A stretch of 64,000 nucleotides of DNA from Candidatus Schekmanbacteria bacterium (GTDB lineage: Bacteria > Schekmanbacteria > GWA2-38-11 > J061), in assembly GCA_016219965.1 (NCBI GenBank), contig JACRJM010000007.1:372294-436293 (forward strand), written 5' to 3'. The notes beneath the pieces were generated by a model that worked only from the letters and a program-made list of their open reading frames with translations, had not been told where the DNA came from and did not search any database. This document shows positions 9,989-19,665 of this stretch, piece after piece. How positions within the stretch are numbered: position 1 is the first letter of the stretch; every line of letters begins with the position of its first letter. The position numbers and the translations under genes are program-made.

Positions 9989-12052
9989 TTATCTTGAGAC
10001 AAGTACACCTTCAATCTCACGCTCTATTCCATTTATTGTTTCTGAAAAAAGATATGACATTCTCACAGTCTGAACAGCGGCTTGTCCGGTTTTTCGTACC
10101 TCTTCAGGATTTTTTAATAGTCTCATAAGTATTGATTTCAGGAGCTCGATATTTCCGGGTTTGATTATATAGCCGTTCACACCATCCCTGATAATCTCTC
10201 CAATGCTCCCGGTATCAGATGCTATAACGGAAAGCCCGCTGGCCATAGCTTCGAGAATCACAAGTGGGAACCCTTCAGCATAGGAAGGAAGGACAAAGAT
10301 ACCGCACTCCCGCAACACCTTTCTTTTCCGCTCTCCATCCACCCATCCGGTGAGACTCACCTTTTTATCAAGGTTATGGTCACTGATAAATTTTTTCACA
10401 TTCCCATCGCTATCCACACCTGCCAGAACAAGCTTCGCATCAATTCCATCTTCCCCTGAAATCTCAGCAAAAGCTTTCAGAAGGTCATATATTCCTTTGC
10501 GCTCCTCAAGTTGTCCCATAAAAAGTATCCCGCCGGCCTTGTCATATTTCTTTTCTCTTCCATCTTCTGTGAAAAGCTCAAGCTCTGGAGAGGAAGGTGG
10601 AACAATGCTTATGTCTTCTCTTCCGGAAATATAGGAAAGGCTCTGCTTCCAGCAGTCAGAAAGCGCGATAAGCCTATCTGCGCGTTTAAAGATATAGTGC
10701 ATATATTTTTTTACTAACTCATTAGACCTTGCATAAAAATGGTCAATATCAAATGAATGACAGTAAATGACGGTCTTCACCCTAAAGAAATATGCAATAA
10801 GTGCAATGATGGACTTCCTGAAAAAGCTTGCATCCCCGCTCATGTAGATTAAGAGCATATGGGGCGGATTAAGTATAAGCTTAAGCTTCAACTTTACAAA
10901 TGCAGAAAGCGCTTTAAATAATTTTGAGATCTTCCCCCCCGAGACATGTGTCTCAAGGTAATCCAAACGGTATTTTTCTGAAAGTCTGCTCTTTAGAAGA
11001 AATCCAGCCTGTCTTGAAAGCCCTCCTTTCACCGAGAGAGCGGGGCCTGCAAGCATTATGCGCATCGAAGGAATAGTGTCTGAAAACGGTCTGAATTCAT
11101 CAAAGGGAAAAACAAGGAATCTGAAGTGCCCCTTTATTCGCGCGCTCTCCCTCTCTTCATCACCTATAGAAAGAGAGAATTTCAATATAGCTGCCAACAG
11201 TCTGATGATTGTGCCGGTTTTTTTTATGGCAATAAATATCTTCCCTTTCCAGAGAGGGCTCCTTCTTATAAATGCAAGGCATCCGCTCCTCTGGAACTCA
11301 AAGTACATTCTGCCGACCCATTCCGCATCCAGCTTCCCTGACTCCGGAAATGAGCTCTGTCTGTGTCTGTGAACCATCGTGGCATCCGGCACAAAACCTA
11401 TCTTCCAGCCAAGAGCCCTTGCCTTGAAACAAATATCTTCATCGCCTGTAAATGAAGTTTCATCAAAACCCCCGGTCTTTTCTATAGCCTTGCGCCTCAT
11501 TATCATTGCTGCGCCCATTATCCAGTCAGGGTATATCTTTTCCGATGAATCGCGCTTTTCTATTTCAGCAACCGGAAACTCTGCGATATTCTTAAAAAAT
11601 CTGTCTATGAAAAATGCCTCTGCTAAAGCCCTCAAAAGCGTTCTGTCCTTAAAACAGGTCGCTTGATTTCCTCCATCAGGATAAAATAGTCTGCACCCGG
11701 CAATCCCGACATCATTATTCTCTTCCATAAATTTTATGAGCCTGTTCAGCGCCTCCGGAAGCACAATTACATCATTATTGAGCACAAAAAGGTATTCTCC
11801 GGTAGCCACTCTCATTCCGGCATTTACAGCTTTTGTAAATCCAAGATTGCTTTCATTTCTGATGACCTTTGCTTCAGGAAATTGCTGGGAAAGCATCTCC
11901 ACAGTGCCGTCAGTCGAACCATTATCTATGACTATAGCCTCAGACTGAAACGAGGAAGGAGCCCCTTTCAGTGATTCGAGGCATTGAGCGAGCATCTCTT
12001 TTCCATTCCATGTTGGAATGACTATGGATAATTTGTAATTATATTCCTTCAT
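9989..12052 (-). CDS. Bifunctional glycosyltransferase (N-terminal GT2 + C-terminal GT4/GT1-type)
   Basis: N-term SIVIPTWNGKE..IVIDNGSTDGT (GT2); C-term EGFPLVILEAMASGLSVIASDTGSIGEIIRDGVNGYI (GT4 signature); start placed at MKEYNYKL to limit overlap with the downstream gene. Confidence 0.8.
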   Translation of the reverse strand: MKEYNYKLSIVIPTWNGKEMLAQCLESLKGAPSSFQSEAIVIDNGSTDGTVEMLSQQFPEAKVIRNESNLGFTKAVNAGMRVATGEYLFVLNNDVIVLPEALNRLIKFMEENNDVGIAGCRLFYPDGGNQATCFKDRTLLRALAEAFFIDRFFKNIAEFPVAEIEKRDSSEKIYPDWIMGAAMIMRRKAIEKTGGFDETSFTGDEDICFKARALGWKIGFVPDATMVHRHRQSSFPESGKLDAEWVGRMYFEFQRSGCLAFIRRSPLWKGKIFIAIKKTGTIIRLLAAILKFSLSIGDEERESARIKGHFRFLVFPFDEFRPFSDTIPSMRIMLAGPALSVKGGLSRQAGFLLKSRLSEKYRLDYLETHVSGGKISKLFKALSAFVKLKLKLILNPPHMLLIYMSGDASFFRKSIIALIAYFFRVKTVIYCHSFDIDHFYARSNELVKKYMHYIFKRADRLIALSDCWKQSLSYISGREDISIVPPSSPELELFTEDGREKKYDKAGGILFMGQLEERKGIYDLLKAFAEISGEDGIDAKLVLAGVDSDGNVKKFISDHNLDKKVSLTGWVDGERKRKVLRECGIFVLPSYAEGFPLVILEAMASGLSVIASDTGSIGEIIRDGVNGYIIKPGNIELLKSILMRLLKNPEEVRKTGQAAVQTVRMSYLFSETINGIEREIEGVLVSR

Positions 12053-12989
12053 CAAAGCCCTTATGCAGGTGGTAGAGAAAAGCGTTCTTTGCAAAAAAAG
12101 CTAACAGACCTGACATCTCATCATCTGGATTTTTTTTTGCCAGGATTTTTTCGACTATTCTTGCTGTAAAGCGGTTCCTGATTGCCCTTTTAATGAATCT
12201 TTTTTTTAGCACAAGCTTACCATCTTTTGATTCATAACCATAAGTAGCTGCAACCTCAGGCCATTTGGATAGAAATATCCTGAGAGCTCTTCCGCTTGTC
12301 TCCATCCTCGCGAGCAATCTGGAAAGTTCCTGCCTATGATTATGTTCAACCACTGCATTCTGGTTAAAAACAATCTTCATCCCTGCTTTTTCAAGCCTGT
12401 AGCCAAACTCGATATCCTCCCATGCCGCGGCAGGAAACTTCTCATCAAAAAATATGTTATTCTTTACAACAAAACTTTTTTTAAGAGAGAGATTTGAAGA
12501 ATAAAAATTGTGAAAATCCGTTTCATAGTTTTTCGAGCCTTCAGTTTTTTTAAACTGGAATTCTGCTTCATCAAGAAAGCGATGCAGACTGTTCCGTGCA
12601 ATGGATTTTTCCCACACAACAGCTCCTACCATAGCATACTCATCCCCACAGTAATCCTTCTCATGAAACCTGAGATGCTCATTTAATGTATCCGGAGAAA
12701 CAAGAATATCATCACCCGTAAAAAAAATAATATTCGAGCTAGCCGCCCTTATCCCTGTGTTTCTTGCTGAAGCAGGCCCCCTTTTCGCTGAAGGAATATA
12801 ATTTATCTTTTCCTTAAATTTCAAACATATCTCCCTGTTCCTATCCATCACAGCAGAGTCTGATCCATCATCAACAACGATAATCTCCATTTCACTTAAA
12901 AGAACTCCGGAGGAAACCAGTTTAGAAAGAGCATCTACAAGCTGCTCCGGACGGTTCCGCGTCGGGATTATAATTGAAATGCGGTTCAT
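12039..12989 (-). CDS. Family 2 glycosyltransferase
   Basis: ISIIIPTRNRPEQL..IIVVDDGSDS motifs. Confidence 0.75.
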   Translation of the reverse strand: MNRISIIIPTRNRPEQLVDALSKLVSSGVLLSEMEIIVVDDGSDSAVMDRNREICLKFKEKINYIPSAKRGPASARNTGIRAASSNIIFFTGDDILVSPDTLNEHLRFHEKDYCGDEYAMVGAVVWEKSIARNSLHRFLDEAEFQFKKTEGSKNYETDFHNFYSSNLSLKKSFVVKNNIFFDEKFPAAAWEDIEFGYRLEKAGMKIVFNQNAVVEHNHRQELSRLLARMETSGRALRIFLSKWPEVAATYGYESKDGKLVLKKRFIKRAIRNRFTARIVEKILAKKNPDDEMSGLLAFFAKNAFLYHLHKGFDEGI

Positions 12990-13855
12990 TTATTAATCCT
13001 TTGATTAACCCTTTTTAATGAAGCGGAAACCAATGCGGTCATTTCAACTGCAAAGGCAAGTATATCTATTAAGACAAATGAGAGTCTGCATTCATCCCAT
13101 TTTTTTTGAAGAAAATATCTTAAAGGATTCTTAATTATGATCTTAAGGTAATTAATAAAAAAACTCTTCCTGTTTTTGCTTAAAGCGATTATGCCCCAGT
13201 AATACCAGCGGTAAATAGCCTTAGTTAGCGAAGATAGGCTATCATGCTTTAGATGGGAAACCGTGGCAGATGGCTCGTAGATAAGCCTGTATCCTTTGTT
13301 TTTAAGCCTGGTGCCGATTTCAATATCCTCGCCGTTCGTTCTAAAATCAATATCAAATCCCCCTAAACTGCGAAGTATGTCAACTCTATACGATGAGCAT
13401 ACACCCCAGAGGAACATGGCATCGCCCCCCGAGCTATGCTCCTGCCTCATCCTTGAGCTTCTCCATCTGTCCCATAGGGTTTCCGCTTCAGCTTCAATCG
13501 CTTTTCCTCCGACGCCTGCAATGTTTTCATCCCTGTAGCAGGCAGCAATCTTTTCGAGAAAATCTTTGCGAGGTACTGTGTCGCTGTCAAAATACGCAAT
13601 TATATCGGTGTCGCATTGTGCAAGAGCGCTGTTCCGCGCAGATGCAAGCCCCATGTTCTTTTCATGTGTTATAACCACAACATCCGGAAACTCGGCAAGT
13701 ACTTTGGGAGTATTATCTATAGAGCCGTCATCAATCACTATTATACGGGATGGCTTGGGGTCGAGGTCTTTAATACCTGAAATGTTTCTTTTTAAATATT
13801 TTTCTGCATTGCAGGCTGGAATGGCTACTGTAATTCTTAATTTATCCTGCTTCAA
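12986..13855 (-). CDS. Family 2 glycosyltransferase
   Basis: RITVAIPACNAEKYL..IIVIDDGSIDNT motifs; 4-bp overlap with downstream GT2 suggests an operon. Confidence 0.75.
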   Translation of the reverse strand: MKQDKLRITVAIPACNAEKYLKRNISGIKDLDPKPSRIIVIDDGSIDNTPKVLAEFPDVVVITHEKNMGLASARNSALAQCDTDIIAYFDSDTVPRKDFLEKIAACYRDENIAGVGGKAIEAEAETLWDRWRSSRMRQEHSSGGDAMFLWGVCSSYRVDILRSLGGFDIDFRTNGEDIEIGTRLKNKGYRLIYEPSATVSHLKHDSLSSLTKAIYRWYYWGIIALSKNRKSFFINYLKIIIKNPLRYFLQKKWDECRLSFVLIDILAFAVEMTALVSASLKRVNQRINK

Positions 13856-13861
13856 GAGATA

Positions 13862-14713
13862 TTATCTTCTTATGACCATGTTATCTATAAGCCGCGTATT
13901 CCCTATCTTTACTGCCACGGCAACGAGCACGTTTTTTTCGAGGGTATCGAGGTCTTCAAGCGTATCCGGATCACAAAGCAAGATATAATCCACAACAATG
14001 TTTTTTTCTTTTTTCACGATTTTATGCAATGCAGAGAGGACAGCCTCCGGCTCAACCTCACCATTAATAATAAGATGCTCCGCTTCCTTGATTATCTTCC
14101 TTAAAATCTTCGCCCTTCCCCGGTCTTCAGGATTCAAATACTTGTTTCGCGAGCTCATTGCCACGCAATCCGGTTCGCGGACTATGGGCATAGCAACGAT
14201 AGCTGTATCAAGATTCAGGTCATTTACCATTTTCTTTATTATCTGGAGCTGCTGATAATCTTTCTCACCAAAGTAAGCCTTGTGGGGGAAAACAATATTG
14301 AAGAGCTTTAGCACTATGGTAGCAACGCCGTCAAAATGACCCGGTCTTGAAAGACCGCAAAGGTGAGTTTGAAGCAATTTTACGCTCACCGAAGTCTGGA
14401 ATCCTTCAGGATACATCTCTTCAACAGAAGGAGCGAAAATGACATCAACCTTTTCATTCATGCAATCCTCGCAATCCTGCTCAAAGATCCGCGGGTAGGC
14501 GGTATAATCCTCTTTGGGACCAAACTGCGTGGGATTCACAAATATGCTCACTACCGTAACATCGCAATCTTCCCTTGATTTTCTTATTAGCGATAAATGG
14601 CCGTCATGGAGGCATCCCATAGTGGGGACAAGTCCTATGGTTTTTCTCTCTTTTTTCCAGCGTGCAGATAGCTCTTTCATCTGTTGTATTTTTTCAACTA
14701 CTAGCATCATCAC
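13862..14713 (-). CDS. panC: Pantoate--beta-alanine ligase (pantothenate synthetase)
   Basis: GLVPTMGCLHDGHLSLIRKS HIGH-type motif and overall PanC pattern. Confidence 0.9.
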   Translation of the reverse strand: MMMLVVEKIQQMKELSARWKKERKTIGLVPTMGCLHDGHLSLIRKSREDCDVTVVSIFVNPTQFGPKEDYTAYPRIFEQDCEDCMNEKVDVIFAPSVEEMYPEGFQTSVSVKLLQTHLCGLSRPGHFDGVATIVLKLFNIVFPHKAYFGEKDYQQLQIIKKMVNDLNLDTAIVAMPIVREPDCVAMSSRNKYLNPEDRGRAKILRKIIKEAEHLIINGEVEPEAVLSALHKIVKKEKNIVVDYILLCDPDTLEDLDTLEKNVLVAVAVKIGNTRLIDNMVIRR

Positions 14714-15276
14714 TTCCCTACTGACAGATCCAGGGACTTCCTGAAATCACTGAAGTACTGAACACCGGAGATTACTGAGATCACAGCCGTGAAAAATATG
14801 AGCCCCAGGCCTGCGTTATAAAAATATATTATTTCCTGATTAGCTCCTGCAAGGATGAGAAGCAGAATGGCTATGATCTCGAAAACAGTCTTATATTTTG
14901 CGAGAGTGCTTGCCTGTATCACCAGCCCCTGTGTTGCAGCAATACTTCTTAATCCATCAATGCAGAAATCCCTTCCGATAATAAGCACCACTATCCATGC
15001 GGGAGCTTTTTGCAGATCAACAAGTGAAATAAGCGCTGAAGATGTGAGGAGTTTATCAGCTATCGGATCGAGGAGTTTCCCTAATGTAGTAATCTGATTC
15101 CGGTTCCTCGCTATGTAGCCATCAATTATATCTGTGAGAGAAGCGATGCCGAATATCAGTGCAGCCATGAGATGCATATAATATTTGCTTGAATAGAGCA
15201 GGAAAAAAACAATAAGCGGGATAAGGAATATCCTCACCGTAGTTATCCTATTCGCCAGGTTCATCTCAAAAAATGC
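14710..15276 (-). CDS. pgsA: CDP-alcohol phosphatidyltransferase (phosphatidylglycerophosphate synthase-like)
   Basis: DIIDGYIARNRNQITTLGKLLDPIADK matches the CDP-alcohol phosphatidyltransferase D-G-A-R-G-D-D signature; start placed at an internal Met. Confidence 0.8.
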   Translation of the reverse strand, partial: AFFEMNLANRITTVRIFLIPLIVFFLLYSSKYYMHLMAALIFGIASLTDIIDGYIARNRNQITTLGKLLDPIADKLLTSSALISLVDLQKAPAWIVVLIIGRDFCIDGLRSIAATQGLVIQASTLAKYKTVFEIIAILLLILAGANQEIIYFYNAGLGLIFFTAVISVISGVQYFSDFRKSLDLSVGK

Positions 15277-15403
15277 CATTCTTTTGGCCGCCTCCTCTGC
15301 CCGTAACTTATGGGCAACACCGCTATTTGTCAAGAAATTGTTAAATTGCTCATTGAATTCGCAAAGCTCATTTAATATAGTCTACATTACACTAAAATTA
15401 TCT

Positions 15404-16807
15404 ATGGCACGAATCGCATTCTTACAGAATTTCTGGTATGAATTTTTAGGCACCATGTATATCTCAGCTTTGCTGAAAGATAGGGGGCATACCTGCGAGG
15501 TATTTATTGAATCCGGAGAGAAAAACTTCACAGAAAGCATAACTCGCTTCAAACCTGACCTCATAGGCTTTTACACGACAACCGGCACTCATGGCTGGGC
15601 ATTATCGAGAGCTTCGAAACTAAAGAAATTAACCGGAAGCCGCGTTATCCTGGGAGGTCCGCATCCAACATTTTTTCCTGAAGTCATAGAGAATGAAGCT
15701 GTAGATATCATATGCATGGGTGAAGGAGAGTATGCCATGATCGAGCTTGCAGAAAGGTTAGACAGCGGGAAATCTTTCGCCGATATTCAAAACCTCCATG
15801 TAAAATCAAATGGGGCAATTACCAGAAACGATCTCAGACCTTTGATAGATGACCTTGATACCCTGCCGCCCCCTGACCGCGCGCTCTACGACAAGTATCC
15901 ATCGCTTCAGGACAATCTGAGCGTCTTTACCGGACGCGGTTGTCCCTTCGACTGCTCATTCTGTTTCAACAGACCCTACATCAAGCTTTACAAAGACAAG
16001 GGAAAGCCAATAAGGAGGCACAGCCCCCGCTGGGTGATAGAAGAATTAAAAAGGATAATAAGACTTTATAAAACGAAGTTCATACGTTTCGATGATGAGG
16101 TTTTCATCCTCAACAATAAATGGCTTACTGAATTTCTCCCCATTTATAAAAAAGAGATAGGACTTCCATTCACGTGCCTTCTCCATGTGAAGCTTGTTAC
16201 ACCTGAGGTAGTCGAATTGCTCAAAGAATCAGGATGCCAGATGGCATACTTCGGGATTGAAAGCGGCAATGAAGAAATAAGAAATGTTGCCTTGAGAAAA
16301 GGAATAAAAGAAGAGGAGATGATGAGGTCTGCCGAGCTTCTAAACAAGGCAGGCATTAAAATTGGCACATACAATATGCTTGGACTGCCCGGAGAAACTG
16401 TGGACAAGGCATTTGAAACCGTGCATATCAATCAGCGCATCGGTGTTGAATACCCGTGGTGCTCTTTATATCAGCCATATCCGGGAACAGACCTTGAAAA
16501 TTATTGCAGGGAAAAGGGACTGCTCGGAGAGGATTATTCCTGCGATTCCATATCTGCATCATTCTTTAAGAGAAGCGTAGTTGAAAACAAAGAGAAAAAA
16601 GAACTTGAGAGATTGCAGAAGCTTTTCCACATTGCCGTGCAGTTCCCAAGCCTTGAGCCGCTCATCAGGTTTGCTGTAAGGCTTCCAATCACATCGCTGC
16701 TGGACGTAATCTTCTATGCTACTTATGGGTATAGGTATATGAAGACATATAAGGTGTCGTTGTGGAGAGTTATCATCACTGGGTTGAGGTCGAGGGAATA
16801 TATCTAG
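15404..16807 (+). CDS. B12-binding domain radical SAM protein (class B rSAM)
   Basis: N-terminal cobalamin-binding-like domain followed by GRGCPFDCSFCFN (CxxxCxxC); start at MARIAFLQ rather than the ORF-track start, which overlaps pgsA. Confidence 0.85.
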   Translation: MARIAFLQNFWYEFLGTMYISALLKDRGHTCEVFIESGEKNFTESITRFKPDLIGFYTTTGTHGWALSRASKLKKLTGSRVILGGPHPTFFPEVIENEAVDIICMGEGEYAMIELAERLDSGKSFADIQNLHVKSNGAITRNDLRPLIDDLDTLPPPDRALYDKYPSLQDNLSVFTGRGCPFDCSFCFNRPYIKLYKDKGKPIRRHSPRWVIEELKRIIRLYKTKFIRFDDEVFILNNKWLTEFLPIYKKEIGLPFTCLLHVKLVTPEVVELLKESGCQMAYFGIESGNEEIRNVALRKGIKEEEMMRSAELLNKAGIKIGTYNMLGLPGETVDKAFETVHINQRIGVEYPWCSLYQPYPGTDLENYCREKGLLGEDYSCDSISASFFKRSVVENKEKKELERLQKLFHIAVQFPSLEPLIRFAVRLPITSLLDVIFYATYGYRYMKTYKVSLWRVIITGLRSREYI

Positions 16808-16821
16808 GTTAGGACATAGGC

Positions 16822-16926
16822 AAAAAGGGGACGCAACCCTTTTTTATTTGGTAAATTCAAGTTTTGTTTGCAAGAAGAAATCAATAGTTCAATAGCGCAA
16901 AAGAAAAAGGGTTGCGTCCCCCTTTT
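16822..16926. repeat. Inverted-repeat pair (~24 bp arms) separated by ~57 bp
   Basis: AAAAAGGGGACGCAACCCTTTTTT at 16822-16845 and its reverse complement GAAAAAGGGTTGCGTCCCCCTTTT at 16903-16926; each arm is itself a weak A-run/GGG/loop/CCC/T-run hairpin. Confidence 0.7.
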
Positions 16927-17064
16927 CTCCGTCTCCGGATTCCCGCTTTTGCGGGAATCTTCAGAGAGTATATTTAGGGAAATCTTTTTTATGTATCTTT
17001 TTTAAACTTTGGCCATTGATTGTAACCAACTTCTGGATTATTCGATTCATATTGAACTGGTGTT

Positions 17065-17090
17065 ATAAAAAACGGGCGCTGTCCCTATTT
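17065..17090. repeat. 26-bp direct repeat, copy 1 (TAAAAAACGGGCGCTGTCCCTATTTT)
   Basis: Identical 26-mer recurs at 17631-17656; the pair brackets the small secreted-protein gene. Confidence 0.8.
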
Positions 17091-17347
17091 TCCCCTATTT
17101 TCCCATGTCCCCCTTTTCCAAACAAAATTTTTTTAATCTGCAAAAAAATTTGCACCATACAAAACCTGATCAAGAACCATTATTTTACCACGGATAAAAA
17201 TTATCTCATTATTTCAGCTAGATACCATCAACCAGAATTAGCCCTACTGATTGGAATGATAATTGCAAAATCATAAGGCAACGGGCAGCGAAGAACAAAC
17301 ATTAAAGCAGCATGAACTTCCATTAGCTTTAATGAGGAGGCAGAAAA

Positions 17348-17569
17348 ATGAAACACATGAAGAAAATGTTGGCTATAATATTATTATCTTTAGCAACAAT
17401 GATTGTTTCCGCAGAAGACACCAGCAAGATTGTTCCCAAGTGCATCCAAATTATCAAAGACAGAAAAGCTCCACCTAAGACAGACTGCGAAAGCTGCCAC
17501 ATATATTGTAAGGGACAGATTGAAATAGTAGAAAAATTTTTAAGTAAGTTAGGAGACTCAAAAAAATGA
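17348..17569 (+). CDS. Small secreted cysteine-rich protein (73 aa), unknown function
   Basis: Strong RBS GAGGAGG 7 nt upstream of ATG; N-terminal signal-peptide-like segment MKKMLAIILLSLATMIVSA; five Cys in the mature part (CIQ..CESCHIYC). Confidence 0.5.
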   Translation: MKHMKKMLAIILLSLATMIVSAEDTSKIVPKCIQIIKDRKAPPKTDCESCHIYCKGQIEIVEKFLSKLGDSKK

Positions 17570-17630
17570 ATAGAGGAAGACACTGGATTCCAGCTTTCGG
17601 GTCAATGACAAGAATTTCGGCAAACTCAAC

Positions 17631-17656
17631 TAAAAAACGGGCGCTGTCCCTATTTT
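17631..17656. repeat. 26-bp direct repeat, copy 2
   Basis: Exact copy of 17065-17090. Confidence 0.8.
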
Positions 17657-17685
17657 TTTTAACACCAAAAATTGAAGTTGCCCCC

Positions 17686-18498
17686 TTAATTCATGCTGCC
17701 GCGTCGATAGCCTTCCAGGTCCAGTGCAACATACTTAAACCCAATAGCCTTTAATTTCTCTATCACCTGATGCCGGGTTTCCTTATCCATCATTTTCTCG
17801 ATTGCGTCCTTTTCAAGCTCTATCCTTGCTATTTCTCCATGATGGCGGACGCGAAGCTGTTTAAACCCAAGCTCTCTCAATACTCTCTCGGCGTCATCTA
17901 CCATGAGGAGCTTTTCGCGGGTAATGTCCGTGCCATAGGGAAAGCGAGATGAAAGGCACGCCATCTCAGGTTTGTCCCATGTCGGAAGGGAAAGCTTTTT
18001 TGAAAGATATCTTATTTCTTCCTTGTTGAGCTTTGCCTCGCAGAGCGGGCTTACAACTCCAAGCTCGCATGATGCGCGCATGCCGGGCCTGTGGTCGCTT
18101 GTAATATCATTGAAGTTTGTCCCGTCTGACACAAGGGCTATACCTTCTTTTTCAGCAATCTTCTTTAACTGCGAGAAAAGTTCGTACTTGCAGTAATAGC
18201 ATCTGTCCGGGGGGTTTTCCCTGAACTGAGGTATGTCAACCTCGCCTGATTCGATAAGTACCTGCCTTACTCCTATCTGGGATGCCATTTTTTTCGCTAT
18301 CTCAAGTTCCTCTTTCGCGTATGTTTCTGAGAGTGCAGTGACAGCGAGCACTTTGTCACCGAGAACATCCTTTGCGACTTTTAACAGGAACGTACTGTCC
18401 ACACCTCCTGAAAAAGCAATAAGAAGACTCTTGTATCCTAATAGGATTTTTTTCAGATCATCAAATTTCTTTTCTGTTTCAGTAACATTTATATCCAT
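17686..18498 (-). CDS. LarE-like PP-loop ATP pyrophosphatase (TIGR00268-type)
   Basis: PP-loop LIAFSGGVDSTFLL and overall LarE/ATP-utilising-enzyme pattern. Confidence 0.7.
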   Translation of the reverse strand: MDINVTETEKKFDDLKKILLGYKSLLIAFSGGVDSTFLLKVAKDVLGDKVLAVTALSETYAKEELEIAKKMASQIGVRQVLIESGEVDIPQFRENPPDRCYYCKYELFSQLKKIAEKEGIALVSDGTNFNDITSDHRPGMRASCELGVVSPLCEAKLNKEEIRYLSKKLSLPTWDKPEMACLSSRFPYGTDITREKLLMVDDAERVLRELGFKQLRVRHHGEIARIELEKDAIEKMMDKETRHQVIEKLKAIGFKYVALDLEGYRRGSMN

Positions 18499-18499
18499 C

Positions 18500-19657
18500 T
18501 CATTTTACCAGTTCTGATGCGAATACTATTTTTGTGCCTTCTGCTTCCAGTTCAGGAATTTTCATCTTAAGTGCCATGAGCGTTTCAGGATTAGGATGTC
18601 CTATTGCAATGGCGCTTCCATTCTTATCAGCCATCTCAGCCGCCTTAGAAATATTTTTCGAAATCTCAGGGACATCTTTTATATTGTCAAGGAAGATAGA
18701 ATTCTCTGCTGTTTTCACTCCCAGCTCCTTTGCAATTTCATAGGCGCGGCTCTTAGAGTTTGTCCTGCTGTCAATGAAGAACAAACCCCGCTTTTTTAGC
18801 TCTTCTAAAACTATTTTAATTTTTTCTGCATCACCTGTAAACTTCGAACCCATGTGATTGCTTATCCCTTTGATCCCCTGTAACTCACCAATATCATCTC
18901 CGAGAATCTTTATTATCTCATCATTACTCATTGAGACTTTCAATGCTCCGGGACCCGGATCTTCATCGTTACTTATTGATTCCATCGGGCAATGAAGTAT
19001 TGCCTCTTTCCCTTTTTCTCTGGAAAGTACTACTGACTGCCGCGTATATTGAAGCCCGGGGAGAACAGCTACAGTAACCGGAAAATCAAACCCAGCAACA
19101 AGTTCTGTTTTTTTGATGTCCCCGCCTATGTCATCTATGATAATCGCAAGCCTGCCTTTAAGTTTCTTTTCTCCTCCTGTGCCTGAATCAACAGCTATCG
19201 CAATTGCCTGAAGGATTGTATTCCCTTTGCTCATGGTTACATAAATTTCGCTGCTACTTCCTTTCAGTTCACTTGTTGGCGGAGCGGAAAATTCAAGTTT
19301 GTGCTTTTCCGAAAGTTTTTTCAGCGCTTCAATTATCTGGTTTGCATCTTCAGGGGTGTAGGCTTTTAAAGATTGCTTTCTTGTGACAACCTTTGTTTTG
19401 ATATCAACGTGTTTGGTTGTATCTATGAGGATGAAAGAAGTCTTAAAACGGGAAAGAGTCTCTTCAGTCTCGCTGTCTATCCTGGATGAAAATTCTCCTG
19501 ATACGCCCCCTCCTATCAATGATGTTAATGAAGGTTTAAGAGAGGGCTTGAAATAAAAGAATGCCGCTGCTGCTACAGCTAAAATGAGAATTACAAGAAA
19601 TGCTTTTGAGCTCGAAGCAGATCTCGGCTTTCCCTCTTTTTGCTTCTTAGATGCCAT
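18500..19657 (-). CDS. Divergent polysaccharide deacetylase family protein (YibQ-like)
   Basis: N-terminal membrane anchor; hallmark LAIIIDDIGGD motif. Confidence 0.7.
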   Translation of the reverse strand: MASKKQKEGKPRSASSSKAFLVILILAVAAAAFFYFKPSLKPSLTSLIGGGVSGEFSSRIDSETEETLSRFKTSFILIDTTKHVDIKTKVVTRKQSLKAYTPEDANQIIEALKKLSEKHKLEFSAPPTSELKGSSSEIYVTMSKGNTILQAIAIAVDSGTGGEKKLKGRLAIIIDDIGGDIKKTELVAGFDFPVTVAVLPGLQYTRQSVVLSREKGKEAILHCPMESISNDEDPGPGALKVSMSNDEIIKILGDDIGELQGIKGISNHMGSKFTGDAEKIKIVLEELKKRGLFFIDSRTNSKSRAYEIAKELGVKTAENSIFLDNIKDVPEISKNISKAAEMADKNGSAIAIGHPNPETLMALKMKIPELEAEGTKIVFASELVK

Positions 19658-19665
19658 CAGCTTTA

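Noticed and set aside
15284-15403. N-terminal extension of the B12-rSAM ORF
   Set aside because: It overlaps the pgsA start on the opposite strand; the first plausible start with upstream space is MARIAFLQ at 15404.
17016-17754. ORFs 17016-17276 and 17566-17754 encoding KKRALSLF-containing peptides
   Set aside because: These are translations of the two 26-bp direct-repeat copies and low-complexity flanks, with no RBS.
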